A DNA stretch of 19,051 bases, taken from NCBI GenBank assembly GCA_965612795.1, contig CBFDTI010000021.1, forward strand, positions 1 through 19,051. The letters are read 5' to 3'. A model generated the notes under the pieces. The model ran no database searches. It saw nothing but the letters and a program-made list of their open reading frames with translations, and had not been told where the DNA came from. Each line of letters starts with the position of its first letter. Position 1 is the first letter of the stretch. Below, one piece after another: positions 1 through 8,948 of the stretch. The stretch comes from an uncultured bacterium (GTDB lineage: Bacteria > Hydrothermota > UBA3073 > NMUJ01). The translations under genes and the position numbers were made by a program.

Positions 1-183
1 CATTTACACCCGTTTACCTGTATGCCGGAGAATGTAGCTTACCCTATATTACAAAACCTGAGCAAACAATATGATATGCCGCTACTCAGTATATCATTGG
101 ATGAACACACCGAAAGCGTTGGCTTATTGACACGTGTGGAGGCGTTCCTTGATCTGCTACAACAGCGTCATACTAACGGCTGA
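1..183 (+). CDS. 3' fragment (5'-truncated by window) of a 2-hydroxyacyl-CoA dehydratase / CoA-enzyme-activase-associated protein
   Basis: Not in the ORF track. Frame +1 is open from base 1 to TGA 181-183: HLHPFTCMPENVAYPILQNLSKQYDMPLLSISLDEHTESVGLLTRVEAFLDLLQQRHTNG*. PFxCMPE and DEH...GxxTRxEAF are typical C-terminal motifs of this family. Overlaps the mpg 3' end by 11 bp. Confidence 0.75.
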   Translation, partial: HLHPFTCMPENVAYPILQNLSKQYDMPLLSISLDEHTESVGLLTRVEAFLDLLQQRHTNG

Positions 184-751
184 CAAATCTGCTATCCTTT
201 ATATAAAATCGCATGTCGATAGGAAGGTCACCTTTCACCCCTATACGTTTGGAAGTCAGGGTTATCGGTTTGTAATCCGAATCCACAATGAACAGGTCGG
301 AGGTTTCATCACATATGTCAATATTGTGATGCTTTTTGGTAATCTTCAACGCCTGTGTGAGTTTAGCCGGCCCTGTGGTTAAATTGTAAAGGTTGGTCTC
401 TTTGCGGAATCGTTTCATCAGATTAATACCAGTCAGGGGTTCACCCGACCGTATGAGGACTGCAGATGGTGTACCTTCAGGTTCTGTAACTATATTAAGC
501 AACCACCCACCATGCACCATATATATGAGGGTTTTGCCGGGTGGCCCCCACATCACTTCGGTAAGCCGGGTACGTCTACCACCATACGCACGTGAAGCGG
601 GATCGTCTGGCCCATAATAAGCCTCAGTTTCTGTTATCATAACCTTCAGGTAGATCGCACCCAACCGACGTACGAGTATCTTACCAAGTAAATCACGTGC
701 CACGTCACGTGCATCACGTGCGTAGAAAGTACACGGTAAGATACCGCACAT
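173..751 (-). CDS. mpg: DNA-3-methyladenine glycosylase (MPG/AAG family)
   Basis: Motifs VARDLLGKILV, ITETEAY, LNIV, AVLIR, GPAKLTQAL, RIGV; 192 aa. Confidence 0.95.
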   Translation of the reverse strand: MCGILPCTFYARDARDVARDLLGKILVRRLGAIYLKVMITETEAYYGPDDPASRAYGGRRTRLTEVMWGPPGKTLIYMVHGGWLLNIVTEPEGTPSAVLIRSGEPLTGINLMKRFRKETNLYNLTTGPAKLTQALKITKKHHNIDICDETSDLFIVDSDYKPITLTSKRIGVKGDLPIDMRFYIKDSRFVSR

Positions 752-804
752 GCTTTTTAAAGTATAGTGTGGATCGATTAACTGGCCACCTTACATGTGA
801 ATAT

Positions 805-832
805 TTGACCAACCCATGTTATGAAGTATTTT
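805..832 (+). promoter_or_regulatory. Putative sigma70 promoter of the transglutaminase-tatC operon (probably leaderless)
   Basis: TTGACC (805-810), 16 nt, TATTTT (827-832), 6 nt, ATG 839; no SD sequence. Confidence 0.5.
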
Positions 833-838
833 TATGAG

Positions 839-2113
839 ATGAACGTTATCCCACTTTTCCTATGTCTATTGCCCTATTGGTATGGTACTTATTTAGGTGA
901 AACCAAAGTTGGTTACATACGACGTGAAATCGACACCACCGCAGTAGGTTATAAATTTAGTGAACTACAGCATATTGAGCTAAACATGATGGGTGTACGT
1001 AGGGTAGCTACATCATTTGTGATATACTACACAGATAAGGATCTGAAAATAAACGAGTTTACGTTTGAGTTTAAATCCGAAGCACAACACTTGATATGTG
1101 AAGGTACAGTCGAAGATAAGGTTTTATTACTTGATATCACCACAGATGCTGGTCATAGTGATAAGCGTGTTACACTAAACGAGCCACTTTATGCATTGAC
1201 CGTACTACCATTTATTGCAGTACGTGAAGGTAACTTTACTGATAGATGTTTGCTGTTCGACCCCACTACATTATCAGTAGAGTATGCCACGGTGAATATC
1301 AACAGAGGCGATACATTAGAATTGACCATAAATTTCCTTGGTACCACCACACGTATGTGGGTAGATCCCACTGGGATTGTGCTCAAAGAAGAAGGTCCAA
1401 TGGGTGTACTAAGTAAGTTGGAACCTGAATCACTTGCGATGAAGCTGGCAGGTGAAACCCGTGAAATAATGGCGTTTGCAGCTATACCAACGAATGTTAC
1501 CATATCACATCCACGTAGGGTGAAATACCTTAAAGCTATAGTAAAAGGTGAATTCCTACAGGACGAACGTCAAACCCTACGTGGTGATACACTCGTGGTA
1601 CAAGTGGTTGAACCCATACCACCATATCAGTTGATAGAAGGACATACCGAAGCAACCCCATTGATACAGGCGGATGACCCACAGATTAAACGATTGGCAC
1701 GTAAGATAACGAGATGGTCGATAAACAACTGGAGTCGCGTACAGAAGTTAGTACACTGGGTATCTGATTATGTAGAGGATTTCCCTACGGTATCAGTACC
1801 GTCAGCGGTTGATGTACTCAAGTGGAAGAAAGGTGACTGTAACGAACATGCGGTATTATTCTGTGCATTAGCACGTGCGTTGGGTATACCCTGCGAAATA
1901 GTTGCTGGTATAGTCTACATGCAAGGTGGATTCTACTACCACGCATGGAACCGCGTGTATCTTGGACGTTGGGTGGATGTTGACCCCACGTTCGATCAGG
2001 TGCTGGCAGATGCTACACATATTGGGTTGGTACTGGGTGGGCTCGAACATCAAGCTAAGATTATGGAACTTGTAGGTAAAATTGAAATAGAAATATTGGA
2101 ATATAGAGAATAA
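839..2113 (+). CDS. Transglutaminase-like (cysteine protease fold) domain protein, probably exported
   Basis: C-terminal GDCNEHA...ARALGIP...HAWN...WVDVDPT gives an intact Cys-His-Asp triad. Hydrophobic N-terminus. ATG 839 is preferred over 821 because 821 lies inside the promoter spacer. Confidence 0.88.
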   Translation: MNVIPLFLCLLPYWYGTYLGETKVGYIRREIDTTAVGYKFSELQHIELNMMGVRRVATSFVIYYTDKDLKINEFTFEFKSEAQHLICEGTVEDKVLLLDITTDAGHSDKRVTLNEPLYALTVLPFIAVREGNFTDRCLLFDPTTLSVEYATVNINRGDTLELTINFLGTTTRMWVDPTGIVLKEEGPMGVLSKLEPESLAMKLAGETREIMAFAAIPTNVTISHPRRVKYLKAIVKGEFLQDERQTLRGDTLVVQVVEPIPPYQLIEGHTEATPLIQADDPQIKRLARKITRWSINNWSRVQKLVHWVSDYVEDFPTVSVPSAVDVLKWKKGDCNEHAVLFCALARALGIPCEIVAGIVYMQGGFYYHAWNRVYLGRWVDVDPTFDQVLADATHIGLVLGGLEHQAKIMELVGKIEIEILEYRE

Positions 2114-2125
2114 GAAGTAGGAGGG

Positions 2126-2710
2126 GTGATGCTGTTGATGATTTTTTTGCTTATGGCAGTAGAGTTTCACCCTAAGGTGTTGATGTTGGTGGCACCCAAT
2201 GGGTTTCGTGACGAGGAATATACAGTACCACGTCGTATACTGGAAGATAACGGTGCATATATTACGGTAGCATCCACACGTAAAGGTGAGCTCAAAGGTA
2301 TGTTAGGGCTTAAAATACAAGCTGATACGGTGATATATCAGGTAAATCCGTTAGATTTTGACGCCATCGTGCTGGTGGGTGGTGTAGGTTCCACCATATA
2401 CTGGGAAGATGATTCAGTCCATAGCATGATAAAGAAAGCGTATGATTCACTCAAGGTGGTTGCCGCTATATGTCTTGCACCTGCTACGTTGGCAAATGCG
2501 GGTATATTAACTAACAAAAAAGCGACGGTGTTCCCAACGTCGACCAGCTTGCAAATATTTGAGGCCAACAACGTAAGGTATGTAAAGGATGGTGTAGTAA
2601 TAGCTGATCGTATAGTGACAGCGAGCGGGCCACAATTTGCTGAGAAGTTTGGTGAATCAATCTGGCAGTTACTAAAAGAATATGCGGGTAGTACTACAGA
2701 GAGTGAGTAG
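2126..2710 (+). CDS. DJ-1/PfpI family protein with hydrophobic N-terminal extension
   Basis: GFRDEE, DAIVLVGGVG, AAICLAP (nucleophile Cys), LANAGIL, IVTASGP. SD AGGAGG at 2119-2124; start GTG 2126 or ATG 2129. Confidence 0.92.
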   Translation: MMLLMIFLLMAVEFHPKVLMLVAPNGFRDEEYTVPRRILEDNGAYITVASTRKGELKGMLGLKIQADTVIYQVNPLDFDAIVLVGGVGSTIYWEDDSVHSMIKKAYDSLKVVAAICLAPATLANAGILTNKKATVFPTSTSLQIFEANNVRYVKDGVVIADRIVTASGPQFAEKFGESIWQLLKEYAGSTTESE

Positions 2711-3116
2711 GGCAGCTTGTTGGGTAGGTGACGAAAAGGTTGCAGAGATAGGGCGTGGTATACTTCTGTTGGTAGGTATCGAAAAAGGTGACACCATGGA
2801 GGCTATAGAATATATAGCGAACAAATGTGCTAACCTTAGGATATTCGAAGACGGTGCAGGTAAGATGAACCTTAACGTGATGGATATCGGAGGTGAAGCG
2901 CTGGCTATATCGCAATTCACGTTGGCAGCCGATATACGTAAAGGGAGACGACCGAGTTTCGACCATGCCATGCCACCCGACCAAGCTATACAGCTGTACG
3001 AGAGATTTGTAGATATACTTAACCAATATGTACCCACAAAGAAAGGTGTGTTCGGTGCGAAGATGGCCATCGAGCTTGTAAATGATGGCCCAGTAACCTT
3101 CGTGCTGGAGCGATGA
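2682..3116 (+). CDS. dtd: D-aminoacyl-tRNA deacylase
   Basis: MRVVLQRV, SQFTL, KGRRPSF, GVFGAKM, NDGPVT (Gly-cisPro motif); 144 aa. Confidence 0.97.
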   Translation: MRVVLQRVSRAACWVGDEKVAEIGRGILLLVGIEKGDTMEAIEYIANKCANLRIFEDGAGKMNLNVMDIGGEALAISQFTLAADIRKGRRPSFDHAMPPDQAIQLYERFVDILNQYVPTKKGVFGAKMAIELVNDGPVTFVLER

Positions 3117-3937
3117 TATACAGTATGACAGGATTTGGAGAAGTAGAGGATGAGCTGTTCCACATCCGTATAAAAAGTGTGAACCATAGGTTTATGAACC
3201 TATCGTTAAGGTTATCGCCAGCTATCGAGTCTTACGAGGTACGTATACGTAAGCTTATACAGGAGAAGCTACAACGTGGTGCGATAACGGTATCTATTAA
3301 GTTCAAAGAGGAACGGTGGGTACTGGATGGGAGGAAATTGCAGTCATTTAATGAGTTTCTATCTCAAGTGAGGGAAAAGTTAGGATTATCCGGTGAGCTT
3401 AAACTCGAACATTTTCTACCGTATCTCACTGAGTTCACATCACCTATGCGGGTGGAACGCAATTTATGGCCACAACTACGTAAAAGTTTAAATCGTGCCT
3501 TACGTAAGGTATGTGCTATGCAGAAAAAAGAGGGCATGGCAATATATGAACGGGTGATGGCTGAAATACAGAGGCTACGCGATATGCTTGATGAAGTACG
3601 TAAACAAGCTTCGGTACGGAACGAAGCCATAAAGCGTCGTATTAGTACGGCTTTGGGGACACATGGTGATGAGATATTGAACAATGAATACTTTTTGAGT
3701 GAAAAATATACGGTCGATGAGGAGATAAATAGGTTTGCATCGCATGTGGACGAACTTGAACGTACACTTAACGAAGGTGGTTTATGTGGCAAAAAGGCGC
3801 TATTCTTGTTGCAGGAGATGCAACGCGAACTTAATACTCTGGGAGCAAAGGCCAAGGACGATAAATTGGTACATCTTGTGGTGGATCTTAAGCTTATTGT
3901 TGAAAGTATGCATGAGGAGCTCGAAAATATCAAGTGA
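3113..3937 (+). CDS. yicC: YicC/YloC family endoribonuclease
   Basis: SMTGFG, IKSVNHRF, EEINRFASH, GKKALFLLQEMQRELNTLGAK. ATGA overlap with dtd; conserved position upstream of gmk. Confidence 0.93.
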   Translation: MIYSMTGFGEVEDELFHIRIKSVNHRFMNLSLRLSPAIESYEVRIRKLIQEKLQRGAITVSIKFKEERWVLDGRKLQSFNEFLSQVREKLGLSGELKLEHFLPYLTEFTSPMRVERNLWPQLRKSLNRALRKVCAMQKKEGMAIYERVMAEIQRLRDMLDEVRKQASVRNEAIKRRISTALGTHGDEILNNEYFLSEKYTVDEEINRFASHVDELERTLNEGGLCGKKALFLLQEMQRELNTLGAKAKDDKLVHLVVDLKLIVESMHEELENIK

Positions 3938-4533
3938 TGCGAATAGAATTTATACCTTTCCCTATTATAGTATCGGCACCATCAGGTACAGGTAAGACCA
4001 CAGTTATCAAAAAAGTGGTGGAACGTCTCCCCTATGTGGAGAGAGTTGCCACCCTCACAACGCGACCACGACGTAAAGGTGAAATATCGGGTAAGGATTA
4101 CAAGTTTGTCAGTGAACAGGAATTTTGGGATTGGGTCAACACCGGCAACGTTTACGAATACGCTACCGTATATGGGTATCACTATGCTACACCGAAACCG
4201 GATGTCGAACGAATACTGGATGAAGGTAAATACCCGATAATGGCGCTCGATATACAGGGGGTGAAATCTATGCGTAAGATATTTCCGGATGCATTGTACA
4301 TATTCCTTATACCACCATCGTGGGAGGAATGGCGACGTAGGTTGATGATGCGAGGTGCAGAGAATATCGACAAACGTATGGCAGCCGCTAAGGAAGAGAT
4401 TGATGAATGGCGTATGTTTGATTATGTGGTGGTCAACGACGAGCTGGAAGCTACGGTTGAACTTGTGACCAAGATTATTGACGTCGAACGTTACAATATT
4501 AAACATATAAAGGTGAACTACGCCGCCCTATAA
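3934..4533 (+). CDS. gmk: Guanylate kinase
   Basis: SAPSGTGKTT P-loop, TTRPRRKGEISGKDYKF, EYATVYGYHYAT, DIQG, FDYVVVNDEL. Start GTG 3934 or ATG 3937, overlapping the yicC stop. Confidence 0.96.
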   Translation: MMRIEFIPFPIIVSAPSGTGKTTVIKKVVERLPYVERVATLTTRPRRKGEISGKDYKFVSEQEFWDWVNTGNVYEYATVYGYHYATPKPDVERILDEGKYPIMALDIQGVKSMRKIFPDALYIFLIPPSWEEWRRRLMMRGAENIDKRMAAAKEEIDEWRMFDYVVVNDELEATVELVTKIIDVERYNIKHIKVNYAAL

Positions 4534-4549
4534 TCCACAAGGAGGTGAA

Positions 4550-6706
4550 ATGTGGTGGATCTTGTTATTGATACTCAATACAGGTGTTGTGGGAGTGCAT
4601 GCTGATGAGTTTGAACTCGAAGCTCGCATAGCCAGCGTCCCCATAAGGATTGATGGTATACTGGAAGATGTGTGGTACACAGCGGATACGGTGAAACAGT
4701 TTACACAATTTTCACCTCATTATGGTGAACAGCCAGCCGAATCCACGTATGTGTTTGTACTCTATGATAAAGATAATCTTTACGTGGCATTTGTAGGGTT
4801 TGTAGCTGAACGTGATGTATGGGCTAACCTCGGTGGTGCTGAGGATTACGTTAGTTTCTACATAGATACGTTCCTCGATCGCACAACTGCATATGGGTTC
4901 GGTGTAGGTGCGAGCGGATCGCACGGTGATGAACTCATATTGAATGATGGACGTTCGGAGGATGAATCCTGGGATGGTGTCTGGTATTGTGCATCGAAAG
5001 TATACCCGGATAGGTTTGTTGTCGAAATTAAGGTACCGTTTAAATCTATAAGATATAAACGTGGGCTCACTGAGTGGGGGATAAATTTCTACCGCCGTAT
5101 ACCGGCAGTTAACCAAACCCTATACTGGAAGCTACCGGACGAAAGGGAAGGCTTACGGGTGTCGAAGTTCGGTATACTTAAAGGCATAAACCCAGGTGTA
5201 GCGGGTCGCAATATGGAGGTATATCCTATAGGATTTGTACGCTCCGAGCACTATACAGATACATCCTATATATGGCCAGACATGGGGGTTAATTTCAACT
5301 GGAGTATTACACCTGAGTTGAGGTTATCGCTCACGTATAATCCAGACTTTGCACAGATAGAAGCGGATCCGTTTTCGCTGAACCTATCACGTTATGAACT
5401 GTACCTTAAAGAGAGGCGTCCGTTCTTCCTCGAAGGTACGGAAATATTCCAACCTGCCAGCTTTGGTAGGCAGATGGGGTTCTATCACCCTATACAGGTA
5501 TTTTACTCCAGGCGTATAGGTAAAAAGCTACCGGGAGGTGTGGAAGTACCTATAAAATTGGGAGTGAAGCTCACCGGCAAAGGAACAGATTGGCAAACCG
5601 GTTTATTGTACGTGTATACGGATTCAGCCTACAGTGAAGGTGTAGGTGAACCCCCTTATCACTGGTCAGTGTTGCGATACAAGCATCAGATGCTGGGTAA
5701 TTCAGAAATTGGTTTTTTAGCTGTTGCTAAGAGTAGGAAGTTTACATCGCTACCTACGTATGCGATGGGTATAGACTTGGGGTTGAGGAACCCTTCATTG
5801 CAGTTCGTATGTCAAGCAGTTACAACCAAAAATGATACACTTATAGGGTATGCGTTTAACTCTGGTATCTATGGATTTTATGGGGATTATATGGTTATAG
5901 GGCGTGCACAGTCCATAGGTGATAAGTTTGATATCTCCGAGGTCGGTTATTACCGTGAACTGCCGGGCACCCAGATGGTATGGATTATCGGTGGACCGAT
6001 GAAGTTGTTACCCAAAGGTGGAATAAAGATGTCATATGTACTGGTAGGTGGTGGTATATCAAAATACAAGGAACTACCCCGCTCGTACTTTGGAGCGTTA
6101 TGTTTTGGCATGAATTTACGACCTACCGGCGGGTTTAATATAGAGGTCGATGGTGGTAAGGTACACGAGGAAATTCGCATAACCACAGATACAGGTAGCA
6201 TTTACACGGATACGTCGTATTTCACGTGGGGTGCCAATTTCAATTACTGGTCGGGTCCAAAGGGTAAGATCAGCTACTACGGAGGGTTCAACCTCAGCCG
6301 TTCATGGATATGGGGGCTTGAGTGGTTAAGCTATCAGTTGGCAATATGGTGTGGTGTGGAATACTCCATCACACCACGGGTAAGCTTCAGCATACATCCG
6401 GACGTTTCCGTATATTTTACACCCGACAATAAATTGCATCTGGTATTTGCACATATGGAGCCACGTTTGGGTATACACTTTAACCCATATCTGCAATTAG
6501 CGTTACGACCCGATCTCGCCATACAATGGGAGGGTGCCACCCGCAGTATACCATCGTTGAGATTGGGTTACTTGTTGTCTTGGGAAATAGCACCAAAAAG
6601 CTACCTGTATGTGGTTATGAATGATGAATGGTACGAAGCTGATGGTCGGTTGCATGCGGTATCTACAGTTAGTGCGATCAAACTCAAGTGGTTACAACTC
6701 TTATAG
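4550..6706 (+). CDS. CBM9-like (DOMON-type) / DUF5916 domain protein, probable outer-membrane protein
   Basis: N-terminal IDGILEDVW...YDKDNLYVAF...SWDGVW...EIKVPFKSIRY...WGINF; middle NPDFAQIEAD, ERRPFFLEG, FYSRRIG; aromatic/Gly-rich beta-strand C-terminal half. SD AAGGAGGTGA at 4539-4548. Confidence 0.82.
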   Translation: MWWILLLILNTGVVGVHADEFELEARIASVPIRIDGILEDVWYTADTVKQFTQFSPHYGEQPAESTYVFVLYDKDNLYVAFVGFVAERDVWANLGGAEDYVSFYIDTFLDRTTAYGFGVGASGSHGDELILNDGRSEDESWDGVWYCASKVYPDRFVVEIKVPFKSIRYKRGLTEWGINFYRRIPAVNQTLYWKLPDEREGLRVSKFGILKGINPGVAGRNMEVYPIGFVRSEHYTDTSYIWPDMGVNFNWSITPELRLSLTYNPDFAQIEADPFSLNLSRYELYLKERRPFFLEGTEIFQPASFGRQMGFYHPIQVFYSRRIGKKLPGGVEVPIKLGVKLTGKGTDWQTGLLYVYTDSAYSEGVGEPPYHWSVLRYKHQMLGNSEIGFLAVAKSRKFTSLPTYAMGIDLGLRNPSLQFVCQAVTTKNDTLIGYAFNSGIYGFYGDYMVIGRAQSIGDKFDISEVGYYRELPGTQMVWIIGGPMKLLPKGGIKMSYVLVGGGISKYKELPRSYFGALCFGMNLRPTGGFNIEVDGGKVHEEIRITTDTGSIYTDTSYFTWGANFNYWSGPKGKISYYGGFNLSRSWIWGLEWLSYQLAIWCGVEYSITPRVSFSIHPDVSVYFTPDNKLHLVFAHMEPRLGIHFNPYLQLALRPDLAIQWEGATRSIPSLRLGYLLSWEIAPKSYLYVVMNDEWYEADGRLHAVSTVSAIKLKWLQLL

Positions 6707-6712
6707 AACTAT

Positions 6713-7405
6713 ATGGATGAGAAGACATTTTGGGAACATCTGGAGGAGTTACGTCGTTATGTTATATGGATATTGGTATGGTTTGGTGTAGCTTTTATAC
6801 TGGCGTATCAATTAGCACCTAAGCTACTCAATGTAATAGCAAGGGATACCACGTTGTATTTTTTTGCACCTTGGGAGCCATTCCTTGTACGGTTACGTAT
6901 AGGGGTATGGGTAGCGGTATATCTTACGTTACCATTTATTGCGTATCAGGGGTTTAGGTTCTTGAAGCCTGGACTTAAATCACACGAGTTACGTATGTTA
7001 CGTGTGGTTTTGGGCGTAGCGATACCTATAGTGTTTGGTAGTGTGTTGATCGCTTATTTCTACCTCATACCAGTGATATGGAAGGTATTGCTCAACTTTG
7101 CAGCTGGTCAGATGCTACCTGTTATTAATGTATCACACTATCTCACGTTCTTCATATGGTTAACCATAGCGTCGGGTGTGTTGATACTATTCCCCATATG
7201 TATTGTACTATCTGTGGAGTTTGGTGTTGTACCGCCAGACTTTTATTTAAGTTCATGGCGGTATGTGATTGTCACAATATTTATAATATCGGCATTACTT
7301 ACACCACCGGATATATTTACGCAGTTATTGATGGCGATACCGTTTGTGGGGTTATATCTTATTGCATTAGCTATTATCAAAAAGCATTATAGGGAAGCTT
7401 TATGA
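6713..7405 (+). CDS. tatC: Twin-arginine translocase subunit TatC
   Basis: FWEHLEELR, FLKPGL, ALLTPPDIFTQLLMAIP; about six hydrophobic segments. Confidence 0.95.
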   Translation: MDEKTFWEHLEELRRYVIWILVWFGVAFILAYQLAPKLLNVIARDTTLYFFAPWEPFLVRLRIGVWVAVYLTLPFIAYQGFRFLKPGLKSHELRMLRVVLGVAIPIVFGSVLIAYFYLIPVIWKVLLNFAAGQMLPVINVSHYLTFFIWLTIASGVLILFPICIVLSVEFGVVPPDFYLSSWRYVIVTIFIISALLTPPDIFTQLLMAIPFVGLYLIALAIIKKHYREAL

Positions 7406-7438
7406 TGGATGGCACTCACGACAGTGGATGCTTGTAAC

Positions 7439-8185
7439 CTATCTCCTGCGGGTTAATAGTTTCATAATATCAGTTAAAACATCACCCGCTTTACCTTGTA
7501 GAAAGATATCTGCGTGTGGAGTGATGGCTGAAGGTTCTATATTTACTTCGATAACTTTACCACCGTGTTGCTTTACTATCAATGGTACATATGCGGCTGG
7601 ATAGACCACACCGGAGGTACCCACCACCAGCACAACGTCCGCAGTACGTGCAAACTCAAACGCCTGTGTGAGTGCAGTTTCAGGTAAAGGTTCGCCGAAC
7701 CATACGACTGCGGGCCGCATGAGTGCACCACATTCGCAGTAAGGTAGATCGGACCAGTTTTCACCCTCATATTCGTAGATGCAGTTGTCACAAGAGGTAC
7801 ACTTTGTGAAGAAGATGTTACCGTGAAGTTCGACCAGCTTCTTATTGCCAGCAACCCTATGTAAGCCATCTACGTTTTGGGTTACAAGTAAAAAGGTAGA
7901 CTTTATACGTTCGAGTTCCGCTATCGCTATATGTGCGGGATTGGGGTTGGCTTTCCTTATGAGTGTCCTACGGTATCTATACCAATCCCATACTACACGT
8001 GGAGCTTTACGGAAGGCGTCTGGGGTGGCAAGCTCCTCAGGTCTATATCTTTGCCATAACCCATCCTTACCTCGAAATACGGGTATACCGCTTTCGTGTG
8101 ATACACCAGCACCGGTGAACACCAATAGGTGGTTTGCATCTGCTATGAGGTTGGTGGCTTGGATAAATTTATCGGCCTGTTGCAT
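7439..8185 (-). CDS. cobB: NAD-dependent protein deacylase (sirtuin, class III-like)
   Basis: TGAGVSHESGIPVFRG, TQNVDGLH, ELHGN, CxxC...CxC zinc site, RPAVVWFGE, GTSGVVYPAA; YxxR (WYRYR) motif associated with desuccinylase activity. Confidence 0.96.
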   Translation of the reverse strand: MQQADKFIQATNLIADANHLLVFTGAGVSHESGIPVFRGKDGLWQRYRPEELATPDAFRKAPRVVWDWYRYRRTLIRKANPNPAHIAIAELERIKSTFLLVTQNVDGLHRVAGNKKLVELHGNIFFTKCTSCDNCIYEYEGENWSDLPYCECGALMRPAVVWFGEPLPETALTQAFEFARTADVVLVVGTSGVVYPAAYVPLIVKQHGGKVIEVNIEPSAITPHADIFLQGKAGDVLTDIMKLLTRRR

Positions 8186-8194
8186 GGATGGTGG

Positions 8195-8917
8195 TCACTT
8201 GTGTTTGATGGCGTTTGCGAATTCAGCTGTTAAAGTATGATCTTCTTGTAGCTTTTGGCCGATGACAATGAAATTGGCACCCGCTACCACCTTATCATGA
8301 GCGTCGTGGGGTGATTTGATACCACCACCAACGATCAGTGGCAACTGTACGTATTGCTTGATACCACGGATGAGCTCGGTAGGTGGCGAGAGTTTGGCAC
8401 CACTACCGGCTTCGAGATATAGGAGTTTAAACCCAAGATACTGTGCAGCTAATGCGTAATATTGGGCAAGCTTCACCTTATCACGTGGTATCGGTAGGGT
8501 ATGTGTTACGTAATGTACGGAGGTCATCGTACCACCTTCCACCAACAGATACGCAAGCGGTATAGCTTCAAGCTTGTATCGATAGACGAGTGGTGCCATC
8601 TTAACTTGCTCCTCTATAAGATACATGGGATTGTTACCGGTTAGAAGCGATGGAAACAGTATTGCATCTGCATGTGGGGTCACTTGTAACGCATTACCGG
8701 GGAAAATGATCAACGGTATGTGTAATTTTTCTTTAACACGACGTGCAAACTCGTGAAAATCATCGATACCGGTGGTGCTACCACCGATTAACACTGCATC
8801 AGCGTGACGATCGAACTCACGCAGGGCGGGTTCGGGTGGAAATGGACCGTCAGGGTCGATTAATACCAAAAAGCCAGCACGCTCTTTTATGATATCAAGT
8901 AAATAGTTGAGTACCAT
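8195..8917 (-). CDS. Geranylgeranylglyceryl phosphate synthase family, group II
   Basis: LIDPD, IGGS, IIFPG, ADAILFPSLL, YLEAGSGA (group II; group I has YLEYSG), IVGGGI. Confidence 0.92.
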   Translation of the reverse strand: MVLNYLLDIIKERAGFLVLIDPDGPFPPEPALREFDRHADAVLIGGSTTGIDDFHEFARRVKEKLHIPLIIFPGNALQVTPHADAILFPSLLTGNNPMYLIEEQVKMAPLVYRYKLEAIPLAYLLVEGGTMTSVHYVTHTLPIPRDKVKLAQYYALAAQYLGFKLLYLEAGSGAKLSPPTELIRGIKQYVQLPLIVGGGIKSPHDAHDKVVAGANFIVIGQKLQEDHTLTAEFANAIKHK

Positions 8918-8948
8918 TGATTAAAATTTTGTGTAAAACAGGTGAAAG

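Noticed and set aside
693..722. Tandem CACGTG-like repeats
   Set aside because: They encode ARDARDVARD in Mpg; too short and without spacers for CRISPR or iterons.
3364..4506. Long antisense ORFs (189 aa and 174 aa) opposite yicC and gmk, and similar ones opposite dtd, rmuC and ogg
   Set aside because: Shadow frames of well-supported genes; Ser/Ile/Phe-rich, with no motifs or RBS.
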